In this document: in pieces, positions 22,557 to 31,638 of the stretch
How the letters are laid out: each line of letters opens with the position of its first letter
Numbering within the stretch: the first letter of the stretch is position 1
Origin: Cellvibrionales bacterium
GTDB taxonomy: Bacteria; Pseudomonadota; Gammaproteobacteria; Pseudomonadales; UBA7434
Length of the DNA stretch: 64,000 nucleotides
Reading direction: 5' to 3'
NCBI GenBank assembly: GCA_042090785.1
Contig: JBELIP010000009.1
Location: 656-64,655 of the forward strand
The notes under the pieces: generated by a model
Seen by the model: only the letters and a program-made list of their open reading frames with translations
Databases searched by the model: none
What the model was told of the DNA's origin: nothing
Translations under genes and position numbers: made by a program

Positions 22557-22584
22557 ATATGGAGCCATTAGACGTTATTTCAAC
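22557..22584 (-). promoter_or_regulatory. sigma32 heat-shock promoter of htpG
   Basis: GTTGAAA-N13-CTCCATAT about 95 bp upstream of a known sigma32 regulon gene. Confidence 0.8.
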
Positions 22585-23310
22585 CGTGATAAAGGCTTTT
22601 TTTCTATGTTGGTTTTTTTATATCCAGACCTTTACCCTCATTGATTAGTTTGAGCGTTAGCTACACTGTCATACTGGTGAAATAGAACGGCTTTAACATT
22701 CAATTACATTTAAAAATGAATAGTTAATGTATATTTAGAACTGAAGCTCATATTACCCGAACATCCCCTTGCTTGAGCGGCAAGTATCGACAAGCTACTG
22801 CCATTGACGGCATGCAGATCAGCGATTGACGGTCTGAGAGTAAAGAGCTGCAGTGAAGGCTTGGAGTAAAGCATTGGTAATGAAACTTTTAAATCAGGTA
22901 AAGCTCATAAAGACAACAAGGCTATAAGTTACATTAGATTTGAAGTTTAATAAATTGAAAGTAGACCATTTTTTGAATCATAACGACTAAGCGCTCCCTG
23001 GTAGGTGTGCCGTCGTTTGGTTCAATGAATCAGCCGATTACTGTGTGCTATAGCTGCCTCTACAGTTACAGCATCGGTAGTCGTTTCCTAAATAGCGCTT
23101 TCTAAGTAGCTTACACAGTAGATTCAACAGTAGCTTCCTTAATTGCACCACAACCCTAATCTCACCACTATAACCCCAATAGCATACACACTTAGGCTAT
23201 TATCCAGCGATTCATTTGGGTAAATATCCAGCAAATCATTAAATCCCATCATCAACAGGAAACTTGTTGGCTACAAACTCATAAAAGATGAATTTTCAAC
23301 AGCTTAGCAG

Positions 23311-23347
23311 TTGACCTGCGGGACGAGCTTCTCTATAGTACGCGCCC
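23311..23347 (+). promoter_or_regulatory. sigma70 stable-RNA promoter with GC-rich discriminator
   Basis: TTGACC-N17-TATAGT-ACGCGCCC, about 45 bp upstream of the tRNA. Confidence 0.8.
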
Positions 23348-23391
23348 TCTCAGACGATACTTATTTGAGATAGTGTTCCAAATTCCGACAC

Positions 23392-23468
23392 GCGCTCGTA
23401 GCTCAGCTGGATAGAGTACCTGGCTACGAACTAGGGGGTCGCAGGTTCGACTCCTGCCGAGCGCGCCA
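23392..23468 (+). tRNA. tRNA-Arg (anticodon ACG)
   Basis: 77 nt; acceptor stem GCGCTCG/CGAGCGC, D-arm AGCTCAGCTGGATAGAG, anticodon loop CT-ACG-AA, GTTCGA T-loop, encoded CCA. Confidence 0.98.
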
Positions 23469-23578
23469 TATTCTGTTAATATTTGCATGAATTTTCGCGA
23501 GCATGCTTAAAAAACAATAAACGCTATTTGATCCTCTGCTTTAGCAACTCGCTTGTAGCACTAAACGGCATCATTTTT

Positions 23579-24352
23579 ATGTCCAAGTTACCCGCCGCGT
23601 ACCAATTTATTGACCTTTCTGACTACGGACGACCTGTCGCTCGCTGGATTGCTAACAGTTTTAAAAACACTCGCATTACCCCTATTCATGTCACTGTCAT
23701 GTTTATCATTGCAGGTTTATTAGCAATTGTTAGCATGCTTAATCATCAATATTGGCTTGCCGCTTTTTTCCTTGTTTTAAAATCCATTCTCGATGCAGCC
23801 GATGGTGAATTGGCGAGAATCAAAAACACGCCATCCTATACTGGCCGCTACTTTGATTCAGTGTCAGATATCCTATTAAATGCCTTATTCCTTTTGACCA
23901 TAGGCTATATCACCGAAGGGGCATTACTTATAACCGCTTTGGCTTTTTGCGGCACCCAATTACAAGGTACGCTTTATAATTACTACTATGTGATATTGCG
24001 TAATAAAGTGGATGGCGACAAGACCAGCCGAGTATTTGAGGAAGGCATACCTACAGCGCTGCCTGGCGAAAAGCAGCTGCATGTCGATCGCTTATTTTGG
24101 ATGTATAACGTTTGTTACGGGCTTTTTGATAAAGCCATACAAACGCTCGATAAGAATGCAGAACAAGCCGACCACTACCCTAAATGGTTTATGACCGCCC
24201 TGTCCTGTTTTGGGCTAGGTTTTCAACTGCTCATTATTGCTGTCATGCTCTGCCTTGGCTTAGCTGACGCTATATTGCCGTTCTTTATTGCTTTTACGGC
24301 ATTGATTGCTGTTTTTATTGGTATTCGTAAAGCCATTAATCAAGAAGCTTAA
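23579..24352 (+). CDS. CDP-alcohol phosphatidyltransferase family protein
   Basis: DAADGELAR...GRYFDSVSD signature with TM helices; start set at MSKLP. Confidence 0.9.
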   Translation: MSKLPAAYQFIDLSDYGRPVARWIANSFKNTRITPIHVTVMFIIAGLLAIVSMLNHQYWLAAFFLVLKSILDAADGELARIKNTPSYTGRYFDSVSDILLNALFLLTIGYITEGALLITALAFCGTQLQGTLYNYYYVILRNKVDGDKTSRVFEEGIPTALPGEKQLHVDRLFWMYNVCYGLFDKAIQTLDKNAEQADHYPKWFMTALSCFGLGFQLLIIAVMLCLGLADAILPFFIAFTALIAVFIGIRKAINQEA

Positions 24353-24388
24353 CTTTATATATCGCAGCCTACCTGTCTGTTTTCATAT

Positions 24389-25003
24389 CTACATACCATT
24401 ACGGTATACGCCAAGACTACTTTCATCGCTAGACCTAATATCTTTAAAAGCTTTACCATAGCTGAGTAATAACTTAAGACAATAATCCAAGCGGCCCTCT
24501 AGATAATGCTGAGATTTTTCATCATTATCGTTGGCATCGGCATTAAATATCGATTCAACATGGCGAACAATTAAATGCTCGGGTAAATAACAGATACGAT
24601 TATTTTTATAACTACTCATACGTAGTTCTGCAATGGGGTAAGCACCACCATCGCCAGAAGAAACAGCCACCAATAAAGCCGGCTTATGGGCCAGCTCACC
24701 GTTACCCCACATTAGAAAAAAGTTTTTTAAACCTGCTGGCACCATGCCATGCCATTCCGGTGCAATAATAACCAAAGCATCACTACTGGCTAGCTGCTCA
24801 GCAATAGGTGCTAAACGTTGCTGCCAAGCCTCATCGCCAGACCAAATAGCATCATCCCAAAGAGGCAATGGGTTATCAGCCAAATCGAATACATAAGTTT
24901 CGTGGCAAGCCGTTAACGCCAAAAGAGATTGAGAAATAACATTAGCCATTTTTTTACTTTGGCTGGTAGCCCTGTGACTACCCGATATAATACTGATTTT
25001 CAT
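24389..25003 (-). CDS. NADPH-dependent FMN reductase (flavodoxin-like)
   Basis: ISGSHRATSQS, PEWHG..PAGLKN; start set at MKISIISGS. Confidence 0.88.
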   Translation of the reverse strand: MKISIISGSHRATSQSKKMANVISQSLLALTACHETYVFDLADNPLPLWDDAIWSGDEAWQQRLAPIAEQLASSDALVIIAPEWHGMVPAGLKNFFLMWGNGELAHKPALLVAVSSGDGGAYPIAELRMSSYKNNRICYLPEHLIVRHVESIFNADANDNDEKSQHYLEGRLDYCLKLLLSYGKAFKDIRSSDESSLGVYRNGM

Positions 25004-25139
25004 AAGGGTGTATTCTCTCGATAATGGTTTAAAATTCGAATAATCGCAAAAATATAATAGATAACGAATAAAGCATCTAAAAATTAAACAATAGACAGCT
25101 TGGAACAATTATTACGATAAAAGCCAATAAAGTGTATCA

Positions 25140-25802
25140 TTGAATGTAATGAATAAATTAAACGAATCATTGAACGCGAGCAGTCATAATACCTACACTC
25201 CACTAAGGTATTTACCCTTAATCGTGCTTGGCATATTCATTGTCGCGCTAATATTTATTTTTACTCAAAGCCAACTACAAACGTCATGGCGTTTTGACCG
25301 TCACTTATTCAGCCAGCAGCCTTTGCAAGCTCTAAGTCATGCCCTTGTTCACCTTAATACCCAGCATCTAGCCCTCAATATCGCAGGCCTTTTAACTATA
25401 GGTCTATTGTTTTCTTCTGCTTTTAGGTCGCTTTGGTGGATCGCTGCACTTGCCGCCTCAGCAATAGCCTCAGCCTATGGGGTCTTTTACTACAGCCTAG
25501 AAACCGATTGGTTAGTCGGTTTATCTGGCGCTTTACATGGCCTGTTTGTCTATGCCGTTCTTCGCTCACGGGCAAGCTTTATTTGGATCGCTGCGCTCGT
25601 CATTAAACTTACTGTTGAACAAAAGCCCGACTGGTTGCCGGCAAATAATATGAGTCAATTTACCGAACAAATCATCAACAACCCAGTTATTGTTGATGCT
25701 CACTTATGGGGCGCCATTGGTGGTCTGGTGTTCTTCTTGATTGCCAGAAGTTTTGCAACACTGTTAGTTATTATTGAGCTCAATAGAAAAGAGAAGATAT
25801 AA
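25140..25802 (+). CDS. rhombosortase (GlyGly-CTERM-processing rhomboid protease)
   Basis: H...HLALN, GLSGALHGLF catalytic Ser, DAHLWG catalytic His. Confidence 0.8.
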   Translation: MNVMNKLNESLNASSHNTYTPLRYLPLIVLGIFIVALIFIFTQSQLQTSWRFDRHLFSQQPLQALSHALVHLNTQHLALNIAGLLTIGLLFSSAFRSLWWIAALAASAIASAYGVFYYSLETDWLVGLSGALHGLFVYAVLRSRASFIWIAALVIKLTVEQKPDWLPANNMSQFTEQIINNPVIVDAHLWGAIGGLVFFLIARSFATLLVIIELNRKEKI

Positions 25803-25885
25803 ACTACAGCTAAGTTAAGAGCTAACGCATTGGTTATTTTTCTCATACTCACAATACTTCCGCTCCTTAAGTGTCAGGTTAATCC

Positions 25886-28018
25886 GTGTATAAAGTCTTG
25901 TGCAAATACTCTTTTATAGGTCTATTTTCCGGTATTTATTTTTTATCCGTGAGCTCTGCGACAACATTGGAAAATACGGATAGCAGTAACAACGTAGCTA
26001 AAGCTGGAGCTGGAGCTAAAGTTGAAGCTATAGTTGAAGTGATCGTTGAAGCTACACATATCTCGCTCCCAATAAACAAAGCACCACTGGCAATAAGTAA
26101 AATTGAGCGTAAGCAAATTGTTCGCGCACATACACAGCTCGGACTTGATGAATCTATTGCCAGCATTCCCGGCATTGTCTTACAAAATCGTTTTAACTTT
26201 GCGCAAGACTTGCGAATATCTATTCGAGGCTTTGGCGCGCGGGCTAATTTTGGTATTCGCGGAGTAAAAATATTAGTTGATGGAATACCTGAAACCTTAG
26301 CCGATGGTCAAGGCAGTGTAGACAGTATTGATCTCACATCCATCGGCAGTATTGAAGTGCTGCGCGGTCCATCTTCATCATTGTATGGCAATGCCTCTGG
26401 GGGTGTCATACGCATTGAGTCCGATTTCGACAACCCTATCAACGGCATTGAGGCGCGATTAGCTAGCGGTGGTAATGGTTATAAAAAACATCAAATACAT
26501 TTTAATGGCAACAACGAGCAGCTCAGCTATATAGCTAGTATCAGCCATCTTGATATTGATGGCTACCGTCAGCATAGCGAACATAAAAACACCTTATTTA
26601 ATACACGTATGCGATATACATTTAAGGATAATGCAACACTCAAACTCGTGCTTAACCATACCGACCAACCACTGGCTAATGATCCTGGCGGTGTTAATTT
26701 AACCACATTAATTAACGATAGAACGGCAGCAAGAGATAGAAACATAAGGTTAAATGCGGGCGAAGAATTAGAACAAACACGAATAGGTTTTCATTACCAA
26801 CGTGACATTGGCAGTAACGGCGAATTCAGTATTCGCAATTATCACAGTTGGAGAAATTTCGAAGGACGCATACCCATTGCTAACAATGGTGTTATTGATC
26901 TTAACCGTTACTACACAGGTGGCGGCTTAATGTATCTGCATCGTAATACTATCGCTGGATTGAGCAGCAACAGTATTATCGGCATTGATTATGACTATCA
27001 AAATGATGACCGTAATCGCTTTGAAAATATAAATGGCTTAGCAGGCAAGCAAGTATTGAATCAGCGAGAAAAAGTCACTAACTCTGCCCTATATTTGCAA
27101 AACCAAATTCATCTAAATGAGCGCTGGTTAGTCAGTAGCGGTTTACGATATGACGAAATTAGCTTTAGGGTCATTGATTATCGTCATGGCAATTCGGGTA
27201 AAAGGAGCTTACATCAATTAAGCCCTATGCTTGGCAGCAGCTTTGCTATTACAGGGCAAGCCACGATTTATGCCAACCTCTCTAGTGCTTTTGAATCCCC
27301 GACGACAACAGAGTTAGCGCTAGCCGATAGCACAGGTCTGAATACTAAGCTTAACCCACAAAGCGCCACAAACTATGAGCTAGGCGTCAAAGGCCGTGTT
27401 AACAGCCATAGTCAGCGTTACCAATATAGCTTAGCTTTATTTAACATAGACGTTGAGCAAGAAATTATTGCCCTTGAAGATAATCTTGGACGCGATATTT
27501 TTGTCAACGCCGGCGAGTCATCAAGACACGGTATTGAATTATCGCTGGCTAGCCAAATGAATGTGACTCAGCTTCAGGGAACAATAGACACTTCAGTAGC
27601 CTATACCTATTCAGACTTTAGCTATAAAACGTTTACGGATAAAAACGGCAATAACTTTTCCGGTAAAGCATTGCCAGGATTACCGCGCAATACATTGCAC
27701 CTAGCGTTAAACTACCAAAGCCATCAACGCAATGGCTTATTCGCAAATTTAGACATCCTCTATCTGGATCAATTCGCTCTGAATAATGCTAACACCGAAT
27801 ATATGGAATCCTCGCTGCTCACCGATTTACGTGCAGGCCTTCGTTTTGCCAAGCGAGACACAAGCATTGAACCTTTTATCGGTATTAGTAACTTATTTAA
27901 TGAAGTCTATTCTGCCAATGCCCGAATCAACGCCTTTGGCGGACGGTTCTATGAATCTGGTCCCAAACGCAATCTATACGCAGGCTTATCAATACGGCAT
28001 AATTTCACCCCTCAATAA
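25886..28018 (+). CDS. TonB-dependent receptor, YncD/PqqU-like
   Basis: Plug QNRFNFAQDLRISIRGFGAR..GIRG..VDGIP..DGQG, EVLRGPSSSLYGNASGGVI; beta-barrel C-terminus. Confidence 0.88.
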   Translation: MYKVLCKYSFIGLFSGIYFLSVSSATTLENTDSSNNVAKAGAGAKVEAIVEVIVEATHISLPINKAPLAISKIERKQIVRAHTQLGLDESIASIPGIVLQNRFNFAQDLRISIRGFGARANFGIRGVKILVDGIPETLADGQGSVDSIDLTSIGSIEVLRGPSSSLYGNASGGVIRIESDFDNPINGIEARLASGGNGYKKHQIHFNGNNEQLSYIASISHLDIDGYRQHSEHKNTLFNTRMRYTFKDNATLKLVLNHTDQPLANDPGGVNLTTLINDRTAARDRNIRLNAGEELEQTRIGFHYQRDIGSNGEFSIRNYHSWRNFEGRIPIANNGVIDLNRYYTGGGLMYLHRNTIAGLSSNSIIGIDYDYQNDDRNRFENINGLAGKQVLNQREKVTNSALYLQNQIHLNERWLVSSGLRYDEISFRVIDYRHGNSGKRSLHQLSPMLGSSFAITGQATIYANLSSAFESPTTTELALADSTGLNTKLNPQSATNYELGVKGRVNSHSQRYQYSLALFNIDVEQEIIALEDNLGRDIFVNAGESSRHGIELSLASQMNVTQLQGTIDTSVAYTYSDFSYKTFTDKNGNNFSGKALPGLPRNTLHLALNYQSHQRNGLFANLDILYLDQFALNNANTEYMESSLLTDLRAGLRFAKRDTSIEPFIGISNLFNEVYSANARINAFGGRFYESGPKRNLYAGLSIRHNFTPQ

Positions 28019-28049
28019 ACTTATACCAACAAGAAACGCTTAAAAACTG

Positions 28050-31000
28050 ATGTCTTTGGAATTACTACCCGCCTCTGCTACGCCTGCTATTGGTCAAATT
28101 CATGCTTGGCACTCTCTGCCAGGAGCATCCGCAGCTGTGGCTTTATTAGCCAGCCTTCAGCGTGAAAAACGCTTTGCACTGGTTATCACCAAAGATGCTA
28201 GCGACACACAAGAATGGTATGAAGCACTGCGTTTTTTTGCTGCCGATAATAGCGATTTCTGCTTGCGCATTTTTCCTGATCGCGAAGTATTACCTTACGA
28301 TTACTTTTCGCCGCATCCTGATATTATCTCTGAGCGATTAAGTACGCTTTACCACTTACAAAACGAAACTTTTGGTGTATGCCTTGTCACCACTTCAACT
28401 TTATTAGCACGCGTCTGTCCGCGCAGCTATGTTAACCGCGATAGCTTAGTTATTCAGGTTGAGCAGAAATTTGATGCTAAGCAAATTAAAATTCAATTAG
28501 AAAATGCAGGTTACCAGCATCGTGATACCGTTTTTGAACACGGCGAATATGCCGTTCGCGGTTCATTACTTGACATTTTTCCAATGGGTAGCGAGTTCCC
28601 CTACCGCATTGAATTATTCGATGATGAAGTAAGTAGCTTACGGACCTTTGATGCGGACACGCAGCGCTCACTCGATAAAATTGAAAGAATTGAAATTTTG
28701 CCCGCAGCCGAAGTCTGTCTAGACCAACAAGCTATTAATACTTTTCGTGACCAATGGCATATTCAGTTTAAACAAAACCCAACGGTCTGCCCAATTTACC
28801 AAGATGTTTTAGCCGGCATTCCTTATTCCGGTATTGAGAGCTATTTGCCAATGTTTTTTGACAGTACAGACTCCCTGTTAGATTTTCTACCCGATAACAG
28901 TGTGCTATTTAGCTATCCAGAATTCGAAAAAACGGCAAGCGATTTTCTAGCCAATGTAAACGACCGCTACGAACAGCAAGCCATAGATCCCACTCGGCCA
29001 TTATTATCACCTAACAATCTCTACTTGCGAGTGGACGAATGCTTTGCAAGGATGTCCGACTTTTCGCGTATCACGACTACAGCCAATGAGTTAGAGCAAA
29101 AACAAAATACAGCACGCGGTTTATTTAGCTGTGCAGCAGCCACTAACCCACAGCTATTAATAGATGATCATGCAGAAAATGCATTAACTCGATTACAAGC
29201 CTTTTTAACTAGCTCGCCCAAACACAGCGCAGATACCCGACACGTCTTGTTCTGCGTTGAGTCTCTAGGCCGTCGAGAAATATTCGCTGAAAAATTAAAA
29301 GCCATTGGCATTAACGCTATAAACTGTGAAACGTGGCAGGACTTTACTGCTGCGGTAGAGAGCAATAACCACACACCACAAACTGGCATTGCAGTAGCCG
29401 CGTTTAATAAAGGAGCTAGCTTTGCTGCAAGTGGCATTAGCATTATCGCCGAACCCGAGTTATTTGGCGTAAATATAAAGCCCAAAGCACGCAGTAATAA
29501 AGAACGTAATTTACTGGCCGACTCGGCAATACATAATCTAATAGAGCTTAATGTCGGCTCCCCTATTGTGCATTTAGATCACGGCGTTGGTCGCTATCTT
29601 GGTTTAGAGCATATGCCCATTGATGGCGGCGCTGGAAAAATCATAGATGCAGAATTTCTAACACTTGAATATGCGGGAGGCGACCGTCTCTATGTGCCCG
29701 TTACTTCACTGCATATGATCAGTCGCTATATGGGCGGTGATGAATCACAGGCGCCCCTCAACAAGCTAGGCAGTGAAAACTGGGGGAATGCTAAGCGTAA
29801 AGCCATTGCCAATATTCATGATGTTGCCGCCGAGTTACTCGATATTTATGCACGCCGAAAGTCCATGCAAGGCTTTGCCTTCGAAGTTATCGATAATGAC
29901 TACCAGCGTTTTTGTGATAAGTTTCCGTTTGAAGAAACCGTGGATCAAAAAGCCACTATCCATGCGGTTATTCAGGATATGCAAAAAGACACCGCAATGG
30001 ATAGATTAGTCTGCGGTGATGTTGGCTTTGGTAAAACCGAAGTCGCCATGCGTGCAGCCTTTCTTGCTGCAAGTAATAGTAAGCAGGTAATGGTGTTAGT
30101 GCCCACGACATTATTGGCGCAACAACATTTCCAAAATTTCCAAGACCGTTTTGCCGACTGGCCAATAGCTATAGAAACGCTATCACGCTTTAAGACCAGT
30201 AAAGAACAAAGCAAAGTAATGGCGTCCTTTAAAAACGGCACTACCGATATTCTTATTGGTACTCATAAACTCATTCAAAAGGATATAGAGCCGAATGACC
30301 TCGGTTTGGTTATCGTTGACGAAGAACATCGGTTTGGCGTTAGACAAAAAGAGCAACTAAAAAGCCTTTGCGCCAATGTTGACCTGTTAACTATGACAGC
30401 AACACCAATACCCCGTACCCTAAATATGGCTATGGCTGGCTTGCGCGACCTTTCTATTATTGCCACACCACCCGCTAAACGGCTGTCGGTTAAAACCTTT
30501 GTCCATGAAAAACAAACCGGCATTCTCAAAGAAGCACTGCTGCGCGAGCTATTACGGGGCGGCCAAGTATTCTTTTTGCATAACGATGTTAGCAGTATTG
30601 AGCGCGCTGCTCAGGAGCTGCGTGACCTACTCCCCGATGCCCGAGTTGCTGTTGGTCATGGTCAAATGCCAGAGCGCGAACTCGAGCGCGTAATGTCCGA
30701 CTTTTACCATCGACGCTTTAATATATTAGTGTGTTCAACCATAATTGAAACCGGTATTGATATACCGAATGCCAACACCATTATTATTGAACGTGCCGAT
30801 AAATTTGGCCTTGCTCAACTGCATCAGCTACGTGGGCGTGTAGGTCGCTCGCACCATCAAGCCTATGCTTATTTATTTGTACCCAACCGAAAACTATTAT
30901 CGCGTGATGCAACAAAGCGCTTAGAAGCCATTGAAGAAGCTCAAGACCTAGGCGCAGGCTTTATGCTCGCCACGCATGACTTAGAAATTCGTGGTGCAGG

Positions 31001-31571
31001 ACAGTTACTCGGTGATGAGCAAAGCGGACAAATGCAATCGGTTGGCTACACGCTTTACCTTGATATGCTTGAACGAGCAGTCACAGCACTTAAAAAAGGC
31101 GAGTCTGTAGACCTAGCCGCGCCACTGAATATACTGGGAGAAATCAACCTCCATTTACCAGCGCTAATCCCCGACGAATATTTACCCGATGTACACAACC
31201 GTTTAATTCTTTATAAGCGCATTGCTAGCGCCGACAGTCGAGACAAGCTTCGCGAACTGCAAGTAGAAATGATAGATCGCTTTGGCTTACTGACCGATGA
31301 AATTAAAAACCTTTTTGTCATTATGGAAATTAAGCTACGCTGTATAGCCATTGGCATAGCAAAAATTGATACTGGTGAAAACGGTGGCTATATCGACTTC
31401 ACCAGTAATACTTCGGTTAACCCAATGACTATTGTTGGTTTAGTACAAAATGACTACGAAACATTCAAGCTGACCAGTGCCACTCGCTTGACGTTTAGCC
31501 AGTTTCTGCCAGAATCGCAGCAGAGACTACAATGGATTTCGGCGCTGGTTGACCAGTTAGGTAAGACCTAG
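28050..31571 (+). CDS. mfd: transcription-repair coupling factor
   Basis: UvrB-homology, CarD/RID (VHLDHGVG), GDVGFGKT, DEEH, QLRGRVGR, TRCF C-terminal domain. Confidence 0.99.
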   Translation: MSLELLPASATPAIGQIHAWHSLPGASAAVALLASLQREKRFALVITKDASDTQEWYEALRFFAADNSDFCLRIFPDREVLPYDYFSPHPDIISERLSTLYHLQNETFGVCLVTTSTLLARVCPRSYVNRDSLVIQVEQKFDAKQIKIQLENAGYQHRDTVFEHGEYAVRGSLLDIFPMGSEFPYRIELFDDEVSSLRTFDADTQRSLDKIERIEILPAAEVCLDQQAINTFRDQWHIQFKQNPTVCPIYQDVLAGIPYSGIESYLPMFFDSTDSLLDFLPDNSVLFSYPEFEKTASDFLANVNDRYEQQAIDPTRPLLSPNNLYLRVDECFARMSDFSRITTTANELEQKQNTARGLFSCAAATNPQLLIDDHAENALTRLQAFLTSSPKHSADTRHVLFCVESLGRREIFAEKLKAIGINAINCETWQDFTAAVESNNHTPQTGIAVAAFNKGASFAASGISIIAEPELFGVNIKPKARSNKERNLLADSAIHNLIELNVGSPIVHLDHGVGRYLGLEHMPIDGGAGKIIDAEFLTLEYAGGDRLYVPVTSLHMISRYMGGDESQAPLNKLGSENWGNAKRKAIANIHDVAAELLDIYARRKSMQGFAFEVIDNDYQRFCDKFPFEETVDQKATIHAVIQDMQKDTAMDRLVCGDVGFGKTEVAMRAAFLAASNSKQVMVLVPTTLLAQQHFQNFQDRFADWPIAIETLSRFKTSKEQSKVMASFKNGTTDILIGTHKLIQKDIEPNDLGLVIVDEEHRFGVRQKEQLKSLCANVDLLTMTATPIPRTLNMAMAGLRDLSIIATPPAKRLSVKTFVHEKQTGILKEALLRELLRGGQVFFLHNDVSSIERAAQELRDLLPDARVAVGHGQMPERELERVMSDFYHRRFNILVCSTIIETGIDIPNANTIIIERADKFGLAQLHQLRGRVGRSHHQAYAYLFVPNRKLLSRDATKRLEAIEEAQDLGAGFMLATHDLEIRGAGQLLGDEQSGQMQSVGYTLYLDMLERAVTALKKGESVDLAAPLNILGEINLHLPALIPDEYLPDVHNRLILYKRIASADSRDKLRELQVEMIDRFGLLTDEIKNLFVIMEIKLRCIAIGIAKIDTGENGGYIDFTSNTSVNPMTIVGLVQNDYETFKLTSATRLTFSQFLPESQQRLQWISALVDQLGKT

Positions 31572-31638
31572 CTCATAACAACCGCTAGGTAATACGGTAA
31601 TCTTACAGAACCCTCTACAGCAAAAGTGTAAATGAGTA

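Noticed and set aside
22620-23235. TATCCAG motifs as DnaA boxes / replication origin
   Set aside because: Poor match to TTATCCACA, too few copies, and no oriC gene context
22990-23250. CsrB/RsmZ-like sRNA on the minus strand (about six GGA motifs)
   Set aside because: Only modestly above chance, and not regularly presented in hairpin loops
12733-23468. tadA and its substrate tRNA-Arg(ACG) in one window
   Set aside because: They are 10 kb apart with unrelated genes between; tadA's position next to purL-mltF is the usual one
23392-28018. Integrative element at tRNA-Arg
   Set aside because: No integrase, no duplicated tRNA 3' end seen, and no obvious compositional break
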